This document shows positions 41,730 to 54,935 of a stretch of 64,000 bases of DNA, piece after piece. This DNA is from Octopus vulgaris. Lineage: Eukaryota. A program made the translations under genes and the position numbers. Each line of letters starts with the position of its first letter. The first letter of the stretch is position 1. The notes under the pieces are model-generated. The model searched no databases. It was not told where the DNA came from and saw nothing but the letters and a program-made list of their open reading frames with translations. The stretch lies in assembly GCA_951406725.2 (NCBI GenBank), contig OX597825.1, positions 6,882,001-6,946,000 of the forward strand, read 5' to 3'.

Positions 41730-42530
41730 TAACCAGTCAAGTTTATATCAAAAATACTTAATAACTGTCTTTAGGTAATGACTCCCCACTGAGATACAAA
41801 ATGTCCATGACTAAATTGCTGCTTATAAGAACATTTAAAAGCTCCTATGTATGTAAAGTACTAGAAACAGAAGGTTATATATTATAAAACATTTGTCAAT
41901 AATGAATGTAATTAGAATAAGATGTTAATAGAATTAAGATGCAGACTAATAGAGAAACAAATTTAACCCAATAAATATGACAGATATTTCATGAATTAAA
42001 AACAAAAAATGTGTATAATGTGTATTAGATGAACCATAACCAATTTGCACCCAGGCTATAAAATAGACAACATTATCAACAAGTTGTAAGAAATAAAATA
42101 ACATGAATTACACATATTTATAAATTAGCATTAATAATATATTACATAAATAGCAAAATTAAAAGCCTCCTCTTCGACAACAAACCAGAAGCCTGCCAGC
42201 TACTCACCAAACTTCAAATGACAAATGTAATTTCGAAATTGTTATGCAAACATGAAAGTTACAAAAGCAAATAACCATTATTACATTGGGATAGACAAGT
42301 TCAACGTTTTCTTCTAAACTCACAACACATTTTGCAGCAAGGAGCTATTATAACACATTTACATCAGAGAACACAAAATAAAACTTGACAGAAACCTGTT
42401 TGATGATAACACAATCAACTCATAAAGAATTCTGCAAAGAACCAGATTAGTCACAGAAGCTATATTAACGGCAAAATGCAATGTAGAACTTGCTTCCCAG
42501 ATGCTGCACACACAGAAATTATGAAATTAC
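41730..42530 (+). mobile_element. Decayed Penelope-like fragment (RT C-terminus + GIY-YIG)
   Basis: Fragmentary translation: SSLYQK/VYIK...PLRYK...TFVNNE...TNVISKLLCKH...HYYIG...QQGAIITHL...EAIL; many stops and frameshifts. Confidence 0.65.
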
Positions 42531-42811
42531 ACACATACAGACACATCACTCAGAAATATTTGTACCCAGAGATAACAAGCTCGCAAATATTGTACTGAAT
42601 GATACCACACTCTTACGTCATCCATAAATATTACACTCGCAGAAGTTGCATACGCTGTGAATGTATATACACTTATCGCATACGCATATACTGCATATAC
42701 AGATGCAGTATTGCTTGGAAATCTCTCTCATCTTTTATAGGCCTTCATCTAGAATTATTTTACTTTAAAGTTTGTAGTATCATCTCCACGTGATTATACA
42801 TGGGTGAGTGA

Positions 42812-43147
42812 CAGTGCATGACATGGTGGCAGGATATTTGACTCATGATCTAAGGTCATGAGTTTGGTTCCTGGCAGTACGTTGTGTCCTTGAGCAAGAC
42901 ACTTTATTTCACATTGCTCCAGTCCACTCAGCTGGCAAAAGTGAGTTGTACCAGTAATTCAAAGGGGCCAGCCTTGTCACACTGAATCTCCTTGAGAACT
43001 ACATTAAGGGTGTGTATGTCCGTGGAGTGCTCAGCCACTTGTATGTTAATTTCACAAGCAGGCTGTTCTGTTGATTGGATGAACAAGCTGTTCCGTTGAT
43101 TGGATGAACTGAAATCCTAGTCATCACAACCAATGGAATGCCAGTTA
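42812..43147 (+). mobile_element. SINE family A, tail A2
   Basis: Aligns to 124-453. Confidence 0.82.
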
Positions 43148-43292
43148 TATAAAAAGACTGCACTCACAACTACTTCATTCATAGGTACCCTGCTCACATA
43201 TAGTACCCTCAAAGACTCTACACCCTACTAACTATAACTAATTCTTGCAAGTATGATTAATTCTTGATTGCTAAAAGAAACATGTTGCTAAG

Positions 43293-43865
43293 TTAACCCT
43301 TTCGTTACCATATTTATTTTGAGATGCTCTGTGTTGCTTTCAATTATTTTAAATATAACAAAGAATTTTCTGCTCTTAAAAGGATTTTATCCTACAGTAT
43401 ATATGTGTTGAAAAAATATATCTTTCTAATTGTGTTACAATACATTTCAACACTTCAAAAAAAAAAAAAATGTTTGCTTATATATGAAGTAAACATAAGT
43501 TTATTTTTGAAGCACTAAAATGTATTGTAACACAATTACTAAGATATATTTTTCAATGCATAAATACTGTTAGAACAGCAAATATGGTATAAAATCCTTA
43601 CTGAATAGAAAAATCTGTCAGCAACCATCCTCAATAGAACTGCATATATAGGATCCTCAAAGAGCAGAAAAATCAGCAATGAGGATGGTTGCTGACAGAT
43701 TTTTCTGCTCTGAAAGGATTCTATCCCATATATTCTGTTCTATCAGTATTTATGTGTTGAAAAATATATCATTCTAACTGATCTTAGCTATCATTAAACT
43801 AGTGTTAGGAACATAAATTGTGACTAAGGTTTTGTGGAAGATTTTAATTTCTAAACTTATTGAAG
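43293..43865. mobile_element. piggyBac-like MITE left end (TTAA-CCCTTT) followed by a compound palindrome (43366-43782)
   Basis: ttaaccctttcgttacc start; no matching right TIR found; nested inverted repeats visible. Confidence 0.5.
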
Positions 43866-45560
43866 TAAGACCATTATTGTGACACTGTTCTGTTGCATCA
43901 CTTTCGCCTTTGGAGCATTTGACAATAGAACTGTTGAGAATAATCTCTGGCTATTAAACTTGGTCAGCTCGAGTAAGGTGAGAGAAAAGTGAACTAAATG
44001 GATTCTGTATCAATTCTATTTGATGAGTTACACTTGTTTGAGCCACTGCACACCTGACTCACTGCAAGTGAGGAATCCCCAGACACCAAACAGAATCTTC
44101 AGACCAAATGAGCCTGAAACAAAGTACGACAAAGCTGACCATTTCAATTTACTGACACAGTCCATCTGATGGGTTTCCATACAACTTCTAAGAAACTCAA
44201 TTTCAATTACAAAGCTTCTGAGTTCTGGATCTCAGACTACAATAAAAGACTCTTGAAATTGAACCAGCCCCCATAATTATAAAATGAACCTTTTTTTATT
44301 ACCACTTAGTCATGCTTGTAGCCATCTTGTAGGTGTATTTTGTAGGTGACCTACATAGTTGGATGGTTTAAATATCCTGACTAACACACTAAATGAATTT
44401 ATTACTTTTCTTCTTTATAATATGCGTACCAACCTACATTGAGGAAATATCTCAGGTGAATTGGTAATGCAAATTGTAGAAAAATCTAGTACCTATTTAT
44501 TCATCGTTATTTTTGACATTTCAAAAATTCTTCGTATTTACTTATGTTCTTTGTTTCTATACATCAAATTCTTTTTTTATTGTATTGTAGATAAATTCTT
44601 CTTATACTGAAAATGAATGGCATAGAATTGTGTTTTAAGACCAGGAGAAGCTGTGGAACCTTGATATGTCAGCAACAACATTGTGTGGAACCGTAATGCT
44701 CTCAAATTTGCAAAACTTGCAACATTAATATAAATTTCTAAAATGTTCTTTTAGAATATTAACTAATGGTTCCACCAAATTACAATATATAATTCAGTGT
44801 GGAGACATGGAAAGAATGGTAGACAGCATAAAAGTTTACAGAAAAAGAAAAAAGGTAAAATATTATATTTGTAACAAATGGTTCTCATGAATCAATAATC
44901 ATGCTTTGTCTCATATTTTACAGAAAAAATTTTGCATAAATTATAGAATTTTTATCTGAAAACTGTTTTCTCACAAGGAATTTACCAATTATAGTTCAGC
45001 TTATTGCTTACAATGGCCACTGCTTCCCAATCCTTACCTCTCTATGTCCTTATACTATTTACAGTTACAGATATAAAACTAATTATTACAATTCTAACCT
45101 CCCATAACACTTGTAAAACTCTATAGAAATGTACAGCAAATTGATTTCTGTCTGTGACCAAATATAGTTTTCAGCAGTCTTTAAAATGATTTACATCCAG
45201 TAACAATAATTCACAAATTATTGATTTTATAACTTAAAGTTATCAATATTTACTATTCAAAAGGCAAATACTGAAGGGTAAAAGGTGTTTTGCTGATAAA
45301 CTTGTAAACTTGATCATAGATAGAGGGAACAAACAAGAAGTTCTGATCTGTTAAATACTCGTGTTTCAAAGACGGTAACACTATATCCGAAATAGAATCA
45401 ACCAGAGAAAATGCAATTAAACCTTAATCCTCTTCTCCATATATTCTAACCAGTGGCATATGGTGGTTCTTGTATCGAGTGTGATGCCACACCCAATGCC
45501 ATCAAATTCCAAGCAGGGGAATAGGAAATGTTTTGCCATTAAGATTTGTGATTAAATTAT

Positions 45561-45820
45561 GTTTCTTTATTAGCCACACAGGGCTGGACACAGATGGGAC
45601 AAATTACAAAGTAGAGCTTTTCTTTTTGGGGTGGGGTAGGTTTTCGATCAAAAGGGATCGTAGAAAGGAAAAAAAAAAATTAAAAGAAAAAACGATCAAT
45701 AGGGATCATGTATCACAGAAATGTCATGATGTAAAGTGTAAAGGAGGAAGCAGATAAGATATTCGTGGAAAGAAAAGCCCACGGAAAAGACCACGGTAAC
45801 CTCGGTCATTAATGTCACAT
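45561..45820 (-). mobile_element. Probable LINE 3' UTR fragment
   Basis: Minus strand ends ttgtcccatctgtgtccagccctgtgtggctaataaagaaac (AATAAA); the tail resembles the family C SINE tail. Confidence 0.5.
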
Positions 45821-47070
45821 GTTATTTATAATGAATTTCAAATTCCGCTGAGGTCAACTTTGGTTTTCATCCTTTCGGGGGTTGATAAATTAAGTACCAG
45901 TCATGTACCAGGGTCGATCTAATTGATTGGCCCCCACCTCCCCAAAAATTTCTGGCTTTGTGCCGAGAGTAGAAATGTACATTTATAATGAATTTGCCAT
46001 TTTCGATTGGTGTGCAATACACACCTAACACACCCGGAACGCATACCCCTGATTCTAAGAAGCATCAATTGCTAGTTGTATCTATTTCTTCAACTTGTGC
46101 AGCATGGGAAAGGCATAAACATCCCGACTACCATTTCATGTAGTTTAGATTCAAAACTAAACATTGTCCTACTGTATAATTTCCAAGACGCTTTGGAAAT
46201 AGCTGTCTAAGTATGCAAATAGATATTCTTAAATACAAAAAAACAACAGGTCAGAAAAATCTTATCTCCCTCTGCTCTTATAAAAATCAATTTTCAATCT
46301 CGTTATCTATCTAACTCTTTTTGTCAGTCCATTAAATATTAACAAAATAACGATACTGCTTCGTCTAAAAGAATGTAGCACTTTCTAAAAGTTAACAGAA
46401 AATATTAACTGATAGAGACGAAGTATGAGGGCTTGATGCAAGGAAGCTGGGGTAGATAGTGATGATAACGGCAGCTAAGAACACTGGGTTTTTTTTTTCA
46501 TCCCCCTTTGCAACCTGTTAAAGAATTAGAGGAATCTAAGACTCCCCACATATACTTGCATTAGTGACAGACATTAAATAGAAACCAGAAGTCTTCTGTT
46601 TATCAATGAAGGACTCTGTAATCCTGTAGAAATGGATAGCGAAGAGGATGATGGTGGTGCCACAGCTACTGAAGAGGAGGAGGAGGAGGAGGAAGAAGAA
46701 GAAGAAGAAGAAGAAGAAGAAGAAGAAGAAGAAGAAGAAGAAGAAGAAGAAGAAAGTGGAGAAGGACAGCAGCAACTATGAAAACAAGATGACCATAGGA
46801 GGGAAAAGAGAAAATGGAAGGAGATTCAGAACAAAAAAAACAACAAAAAAACATGCCCAGAAGAAGAAACTGGAAGCCTATAAAAAGATGGTGGTGGTAG
46901 TGGTGGTGGTGGTGGTGGTGGTAATGATAATTGAAAGCTCTTGTCCACCAAAATAAAATCTGTCATTTTCTTTCAAATCACATAAGGCTGCATTGCTAAC
47001 TGTAAACAGAAATAAGAGAGAAAAGTATTCGAATAGTACACCACCACTTCACTAAGCAGCTACTTATTTC

Positions 47071-47325
47071 AGTTCCATATTTAAGAGATGAGGAATTATG
47101 TACGTTGCTTACATTTGATGGATATTTGTCCTCATCTTGTTTGCTGTTAACACAAATATTATTATTATTATTATTATTCAGATCACTGCCTGGAATCGAA
47201 CTCAGAATCTTGGGATTAGTAGCCTGTGCCCTTAACTACTCCATAATTGCCCACTGGCATATGGTGTAGCGGTAAAGAGTGCGGGCTACTAACCCCAAGA
47301 TGCTGAGTTCGATTCCCGGCAGTGA

Positions 47326-47364
<39 letters not shown>

Positions 47365-47382
47365 CAACATCGGAAAATACCT
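47071..47382. mobile_element. Family H element, head-to-head tRNA-like heads, hammerheads missing
   Basis: Plus head 47256-47327: A box tggtgtagcgg, loop ctactaa, B box gttcgattcc; mirrored head at ~47177-47245. Confidence 0.8.
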
Positions 47383-47383
47383 C

Positions 47384-47697
47384 TTAATAATTAGCCAGAG
47401 ATGATTTTTAAAATGAGAATATCTGAAATAAACTCAACTGCTCTCACAAAATGAGAATACTAAAAACCCAACCGCTCACAAAAATTAAGTAAAAAAACCC
47501 GGAAAAATAACCCAGAAGCCTTGCCTGGTACTAGATCAATCCCAAAATCTAATCAGTTTGTGCCAGTCATGAGGCCAAACATCCTGAAATTTCATCCGAA
47601 TCCATCCAGCAGTTCTTGAAATATCTTGTCCACAGACAGACAAACAAACAAACACAACTGAAAACAATACCTCCGCCTTTGGTAAGGCAGAGGTAAT
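47384..47697 (+). mobile_element. Helentron-associated non-autonomous element (HINE/DINE-1-like)
   Basis: gaaatttcatccgaatccatccagcagttcttgaaatatc core, (CAGA)(CAAA) microsatellite, then 3' hairpin tacctccgcctt/aaggcagaggta; the 5' boundary is uncertain. Confidence 0.7.
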
Positions 47698-49330
47698 GAT
47701 AGAAAATTTGGTTATACCTTGCTCAGGCAATGGAAACAGAGAAGTTATTCTTCAGTATGAGAACAATAATAAAAGTGTGATGTCATTGTTATACTAACAC
47801 TTAATAGAATTTCAGATATTTTAACAGACGATTAAGATAGTTAACATTGTCAGAGCTTAAACACTGGTGTTGATTACATCTTTTAATGATTGTATAAAAC
47901 TATGGTGTTACATGGATGACAACATTCTGGTGTTGCTAGTTAATCATAACTGACTTCCACTCAATCACCCGGAAATGACAGACTTGGCTGCCATACTTTG
48001 TTGCTATGGAAAGAAATGAGAGGAAAAAAGCATGTCAAAAATTTAGGTTTTTTTTTTTGTCAGAAACGAGTATGATGACAACCAAAGGAAAAGTTTCCAA
48101 AGTTAGGAAACCTCTAAGAGTTGAACAATTGGATTTTAGCAATATTAAATGTGAAATAGTGTTGCAGATTTATCTTCAAAAGGAAATGACCGCTGCTGAA
48201 ACAGTGAGATTCTAGAGAACCATTTTCGGTTATTCTCAAAGATTATTTGAGTCAATTCTATGAATTTGATAAAGGTGGAACTAAAGAGCATTAATTGGTC
48301 TGAAGGTTAATGTATGCCCAGAATACATTTAAAAGAAGCTTAGTATTTGAATTTTGGGTGATGGAGAATAAAATGTACAAAGTAAGAAGGAGAGAGGCCT
48401 TGTTGATATTATCGTGACATTTGTTGATAGAAATGAGTATAAATCTGGTTGTGTTGCTTTTTGCGGACAACATCAACATATTGCATATTTGGTAAAACAT
48501 GTTTTATAAGGAAAAAGAGAAATAATGAAACCCTTTTAAAATACTATGTAAATATACATATTCTGTTATTCTTTTATTCTTTTACTTGTTTCAGTTATTT
48601 GACTGTGGCCATGCAGGAGTGCCACCTTTAGTTGAGCAAATCGACCTCAGGACTTATTCTTTGTAAGCCTAGTACTTGTTCTATTAGTCTCTTTTGCTGA
48701 ACCAATAAGTTATGGGGACGTAAACACACCAGGATCACACACAAACAAATACATACATACATTGTAAAGTGGTCAGTGTTAGGAAGGGCGTCCAGCTGTA
48801 GAAACCAAGTCAAAGCAAATACTGGAGCATGATGCAGTCCCTCGACTCTTCAGATCCTTGTCAAACCATCCAACCCATGCCAGCATGGAAAATAGACATT
48901 AAATGATGCTGCTGCTGATGATGATGATGATGGTGATGCTGCTCCTACTGATGAAGATGATGATGATGTTCAATGTAATCTCGGCTGATTCAGGTGACCA
49001 TGTTATTGTAATACAACAGAACTTGAGAACAGAGTTGGACAAATCAAAATTAAAGAAGTTTAATCTCATATTAAAGTGATTTGATGGATCACTCATTGAA
49101 ATTTGCTGAAATTTTGATGTTTTAATGGAAATTGATAAGATCCAAAGAAAACCGTGTAATTCTGGTGACTGTAAAACAACTCATAACCTGCTTGGTTGGA
49201 CTTGATGGATGTTGACAGTTCAGCTGTATTTGAAGAGGTTAATGCTTTGGGAACATTGGAGGGAGATTTTAAGCTGACATTCAAAGGAAACAGCAAACCT
49301 CGTTTATTTTGAGACCAGACTATCACCAAT

Positions 49331-49640
49331 ACAAACTGGTACTCTGTCAGTTATGACGATGAGGGTTCCAGTTGATATGATCAACAAAACAGCTTGCTCA
49401 TGAAATTAACGTGCAAGTGGCTGGGTACTCCACAAACACATGTGCCCTTAACAGTTCCCAGGGAGATTCAGCATGACACTGAATATGACAAGGCTGGCCC
49501 TTTGAACAACAGGTACAAATCATTTTTGCCAGGTGAGTGGGCTGGAGCAATGTGAAATAAAGTGTCTTGCTCAATGACACCATGCGTAACCAGGAATTGA
49601 ACTCATAACCTTACGATCACGAGCCAAATATCCTAACCAT
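49331..49640 (-). mobile_element. SINE family A, tail A2, nested in the Gypsy element
   Basis: Reverse complement aligns to 124-453. Confidence 0.82.
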
Positions 49641-49750
49641 TAAGCTGTAGAAACATTGCCAGATCAGACTGGAACCTGGTGTGGCCACTGGTTGTCCAGA
49701 CCTCAGTCAAACCGTCCAACCCATGCCAGCATGGAAAACGGACGTTAAAC

Positions 49751-49791
<41 letters not shown>

Positions 49792-50761
49792 AATAGGAGT
49801 TTTTAGACGTTGAATGGCTATGAGGGCTTTCACCTTCCCTGAATAAAATAGTAATCACAGGTGTTTATGGGTAAAAAATGTTTTAGGGGATGTAGGAAAG
49901 AAGGCCCATGAAACAGGTGTAAAACGAAAGCTCTTGTTTGGATTCTTATCTCACTTCAACATCTGAACTGATATTTCATTTATTTTCTTTCTGACATGAA
50001 TTATTTTGCTTGTTTGGATTCAAAGAGTGCGCGTGTGTGTGTGGGGTGGATGTCATCAGATAGAAATATTCAAAACAACAATAGACCTCTAAGATGCACA
50101 TATCTCCCATATGGAATTAAAACCACCATTATTGTGTTTTCAGGGGGGCAATTCAATATATTGTGTGAAATGATGCTGGTTATTTATCAAGAAGATAAAA
50201 CTATTGGGAGTCTTTATATTAAAATAGATAAGATCACAGAAAAGGTTAGATATAAAACTCCTAGGGGACAAGATGCAATTAGGATCTTTTCTTAAACTTG
50301 TCAATTTCTACAGGAGATATATTGATTGTTATTCAAGCCACATGTTGCTGATTACATCACTTTATAAACATGGTGTTTCCTTTCTCGGAACATACAGCAA
50401 CAAAAGCTGTTTTGGTTTATAGACTTAATCTCAGTGGCAAGGTGACAAAGTCACTGGCCCAGATTTACGATGTCACGAAATAGGTTATCTTTACAACTCA
50501 TACAAATAAAAAGTCTGTATCAGGAATACATTCCCAAGATGACATTCCTGTATTGGTATTATTATTATTATTATCATTATTATTATTATTATTATTGTTG
50601 TTGTTGTTGTTGTTGTTATAATTATTGTTATTATATAATTGTTCAACGTTTGGTAGCTTGAGGCAAATTTCTACTGCATCACCTGATACACCTCTGTGTT
50701 GCTGGGGTGTGTGCAGCATTGTGTGTTCTTTTTATGTTGTTGGGAATGTGCAAACTCTTCC

Positions 50762-50811
<50 letters not shown>

Positions 50812-50999
50812 GTTTTTTTTTCCTTCTTTCTTCAAATTTTCTTCCATTTCTCGCCGAGTGTTTTCTGTACACCTAGGGCAGAGAAGCTCGTTGTATGCAT
50901 TCTCAGATTACACATGCAAATTCACAGGTAAAATATGTATTTAAAAAAATTAATAAATAAATAAATTCATGATCGGATGTTGTATTCACAGCGATAGTT

Positions 51000-51215
51000 A
51001 AGGTGGAAAGCTGGTAGAATCTTTAGCATGTCAGGCAAAATAGCTACATTTTGCCCGTCTTTACATTCTGAGTTCAAATTTCGCCAAGGTCCTTTGCCTG
51101 CCATCCTTTTGTGGTCATTGAAATAAGTACCAATTGTATACTAGGGTTGATGTAATTGACCTTCCGCCTACCCCCAAATTGCTGGCCTTGTGCCAAAATT
51201 TGAAACCAATAATAA
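51000..51215 (+). mobile_element. SINE family C, alternative tail, nested in the Gypsy element
   Basis: Decayed head and Nin-like core; tail ggccttgtgccaaaatttgaaacc. Confidence 0.72.
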
Positions 51216-52383
51216 TTAGAGTGATTGTTTTGTTGCTTAAAGTTCACTTATGCTATTGAAAAGTGAGTTAACAGTTCAAGATATCATTTTTTTGTAATGA
51301 AGAAATTCGGATTAAAAGTTCCATGACTTGTTTTGGGAAAATTAATGAACAGCAACAAGGAATTGATGGAAATTAGATGGGAAGGTTTCTGCATAGATAT
51401 GGAATAATATGTAAGATATTTGTTATGTGCAGCAACACAACCAGAATTACTTTAGACAGTTCCTTGTGGACAGAAATAATAGAGAAACCAACACAGCTTA
51501 TCTGGTTTTAAGAACCAAGCTGTCAAAGATGGTATTCTAGAAATATTCATGTCTGACAACAGGAAGTTCGTGATAACAACTTGAGAAGATTGGGTGTAAG
51601 ATGATGACTTGATAATTTAGGATGTAAACCTCTGAAAATGCCTCTATATCATGCAGAATCTAATAGAATTATTGAAAGAATGGGTCAAAAGTGCTAGAAT
51701 TAGTTTAAAAGCATATTGAGGAACTGAATGTTCTATTACTACATATTTAAATTTTATGCTTTTGAGTTCATGAAGAATTCCTAACTAAAGAAAGCATTTT
51801 AATCCATTTGCTTTGATAGATTCAAATATAATCAACAGGAATAAAGTCTTATGAAATTATAATCTCAGTTTCGTGTTGATGCAGAAGAAATGATAAAAGC
51901 CACAAACATAGATTATAATTCAAACAGTAAATAATACAGCTGTAATCTTAAGACATAACAGGGCCTGTTAGCGCCTGCAGATCCAATAACATACAATAGC
52001 ACAGATAATGTTTGGGAATAAAATGCACAAACATTCCCTGAAGCTTGGAATGATATTCCAAATTCTATTAATAAAGGCTGTGATTTGATAACTGATACAG
52101 GAACAAATGTGTTAGATGCAGTTCTTGAATAACAAAAGAAATTAAACACTTTGCTTTTGGAGGATGTGATGTTATTGTTATGCTAATATTGGTAGCTTTG
52201 CATGTGTTTGAGAAGCTTGTTAAGATGAATTAAGGTAACTATCATTTCAATGTCAAGCTTGGTATTCACTTGATTAATGTTTCTGCCAGTAAAGGATTAT
52301 GTATGACCATAGCTATACTGGCATTAATGCAAACAGACAATAACAGTTATTCCATGGTAGAAGAACAAAAAAATTAACATTTA

Positions 52384-53303
52384 TATAAAATGGTATCAAG
52401 AAGGTCCAGACTTGTCTTGTAGCCTACGAACAGATGGCAGCACATGGTTGCATATGCAGTGAGTGCTAGCTGTGACCTTCATGAGGCAGTGTGCCGAATG
52501 ACATTGCTGCGTTTACTTGGCAAGTTGTGAAATTTATGTTTTTGTGATCATGTGTGTACTTTAGTTGGTGATTATTGTCATGGACACGAAGTTGGAACAA
52601 AGAGCCAACGTGAAATTTTGTATTAAACTTGGGACATCTGCTACAGAGACATTGAGTATGGTTTGGCAAACTTACAGGAATGAGGAATTGGGTTGTATGT
52701 AACGTCTTGAGTGGCATGGGTGCTTCAAAAAGTACGACAGAGCTACAGCACAATCAAGGGCATACCCATCATTTTTCCAGCATCCATGGTATTGTGCATC
52801 AAGAATTTGTCCCCCAAAACCAGATCATCGATTGAGAGTTCTACTGCGACGTTTTGAAGGGTTTGAGGGAGAACATTCGGTGAAAGTGACCGGTTCTGTG
52901 GAGCACAAAGTATTGGATTCTTCATGACGACAATGCACCCTGTCACCAAGCTCTTCTCACTCATGAGTTTCTCATCCAAAACAACATGGTATCACTTCTG
53001 CTCTTGCCCTATTCACCAGGTTTAGCACCTATGGACTTCCATCTCTTCTCCAAGATGAAAATGCAGATCAGAGGTTGCCATTTTAACACCGGTGTCAAGA
53101 TCAAAAGCAAATTACAGAAAGTCCTCAACCTGCTTATGGAAAACAACTTCCAGGCTGGATTCCAAAAGTGGCAGGAACACACCGGCCCCAGTGTATTGCT
53201 GCAAAAGGGGACAACTTCAAAGGAAATGATATTAAAACTTAGGTAAATAAGTTGTTTTTTATTAAACATCAGTAGTCCAGGGACTTTTTGATACCACCTT
53301 GTA
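52384..53303 (+). mobile_element. Internally deleted mariner transposon
   Basis: Imperfect TIRs tggtatcaagaaggtcc / ggactttttgatacca with TA at the ends. Confidence 0.85.
52580..53246 (+). pseudogene. Mariner transposase pseudogene
   Basis: MDTKLEQRANVKFCIKLGTSATETL...; deletion; GIVHQEFVP...WILHDDNAPCH...PYSPGLAPMDFHLFSKMK; several in-frame stops. Confidence 0.9.
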
Positions 53304-54213
53304 GAATATCACCCTTTAACTATCAATTTGGTTTGCTATTCCATGCTTGCAAGAAGAAATAGCAGTGATTGAACAACGTCACCACTTAACTAATTAAGAA
53401 GTTAGTTAATCGTTAATTAGAGACCTGAAAATAATATAAAACCCACTCTTTTGCTAAAAAAAGAGTGATTTGTTATTCACTCTTTGTTATTCCTTGCTAA
53501 AAGAAGTTTTTAAAATTTCTGTTATATTTTGATCTTTTTTAAAATACTAACACACTTGAGACCACTCGTGACATTATTAGACAGAATCTTACATTTAAAT
53601 TTTTTTCACATTTAAATTAGAACCTTTCATACAAAAAATATTTGCTGAGAAATAATATAAAAGTTCACATTACCTCCAAATTTTTGATAATTTCGAAAAT
53701 GAACTAAAGCATATGAAGTGAATTTTATGATAATAAATCCTGCCATGAAAAGGTGAAACTTCAAACAAAATATACTTTACTAAATGATTATTGTACATCA
53801 TTATGATTTGATCATCTTTTGACCAGACCGATAAATTTAATTAGGCTTTTGAGGATTGTTTTTGCTTGTTTATTTTAGTTCTTGTAACACTGAATAGAAT
53901 TTAATATTAAATTATATTTCCGTTCATTATTATCAAATTTTACAAAATTTTGGAACAGACATATACTATGATATTTTTTGCACAGACAACGTTTTTGAAA
54001 TTGACTCTCTAATTGTATTTTATATAGAAATGAAATACAGTATTTGCTATTGTTTGTAAAATATCATTCACCTATATTTGGATGCATACATACATACATA
54101 TATACATACATACATATATACATACATATATGCATACATACATACATACATACATACATACATACATACATACATACATACGTACATACATACACACTTA
54201 CGTACATACATAT

Positions 54214-54280
<67 letters not shown>

Positions 54281-54935
54281 ACTACAGTTACTCTATCCAG
54301 ATTACAAGTTCAGGTTTATATCTTAAGAAATTAGGCTTCTCAAAGCCAGAAAAGAGGAAGCTAATTTGAAGACTACAGATCCAATTCATCAGTGGAACTG
54401 TAAAAATCTGTAAAACTTTCCAGAAGTTTATCATTTAATTATATATGAGCTTGTCTAGATATGTAAGTCTATGCATGAGAATACATAAAACAGAACATAC
54501 AAATCTGCACATATACATACATACATACAAACAAAAATACCCTGTTTTTGATAGAGTTCTATATGTAAGAGATGAAGAATTATGTACATTATTTACATTT
54601 GACGGATATTTGTCCTCATCTTGTTTGTTGTTAACACACCGCTTCGGCTGATATACCCTCCAGCCTTCATCAGGTGTCTTGGAGAAATTTTGAACCTGGG
54701 TTCTCATTCCTAAGGTATTTTTTGATATTATTATTATTATTATTATTGTTATTCAGGTCACTGCTTGGAATCAAAGTTGGAATCTTGGGGTTAGTAGCCC
54801 ACACTCTAAACCACTATTCCCACAGGAATATGGCATAGTAGTTAAGAGCATGGGCTACTAACTCCAAGATTCCGAATTCGATTCCAGGCAGTGACCTGAA
54901 TCATCATCATCATAATAATAATAATAAAATTATTA

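Larger units (their letters stand above)
47776..52345 (+). mobile_element. Ancient Ty3/Gypsy LTR retrotransposon remnant
   Basis: LTRs 47776-47924 and 52165-52345 both start tgtgatgt.attgttat.ctaa and end aaca; TGG after the 5' LTR, short purine run ggagga before the 3' LTR; gag-like KVSKV...AAETVRF (~48090-48212); protease ADSG...LKKFNLILK*FDGSLI (~48985-49100); RT YFACLDSKSA...LPYGIKT...IYQED...LVNFYRRYI (~49995-50330); integrase GILEIFMSDN...PLYHAESNRIIERM (~51530-51685). Confidence 0.78.

Noticed and set aside
44063-44125. Small minus-strand exon (tttgtttcag| ... |gtgagt)
   Set aside because: Splice-like signals only; no recognisable product; would need RNA-seq
47256-47327. Functional tRNA gene
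   Set aside because: Acceptor and T stems pair poorly and the sequence is the head of a repeated element; the same applies to the other SINE heads
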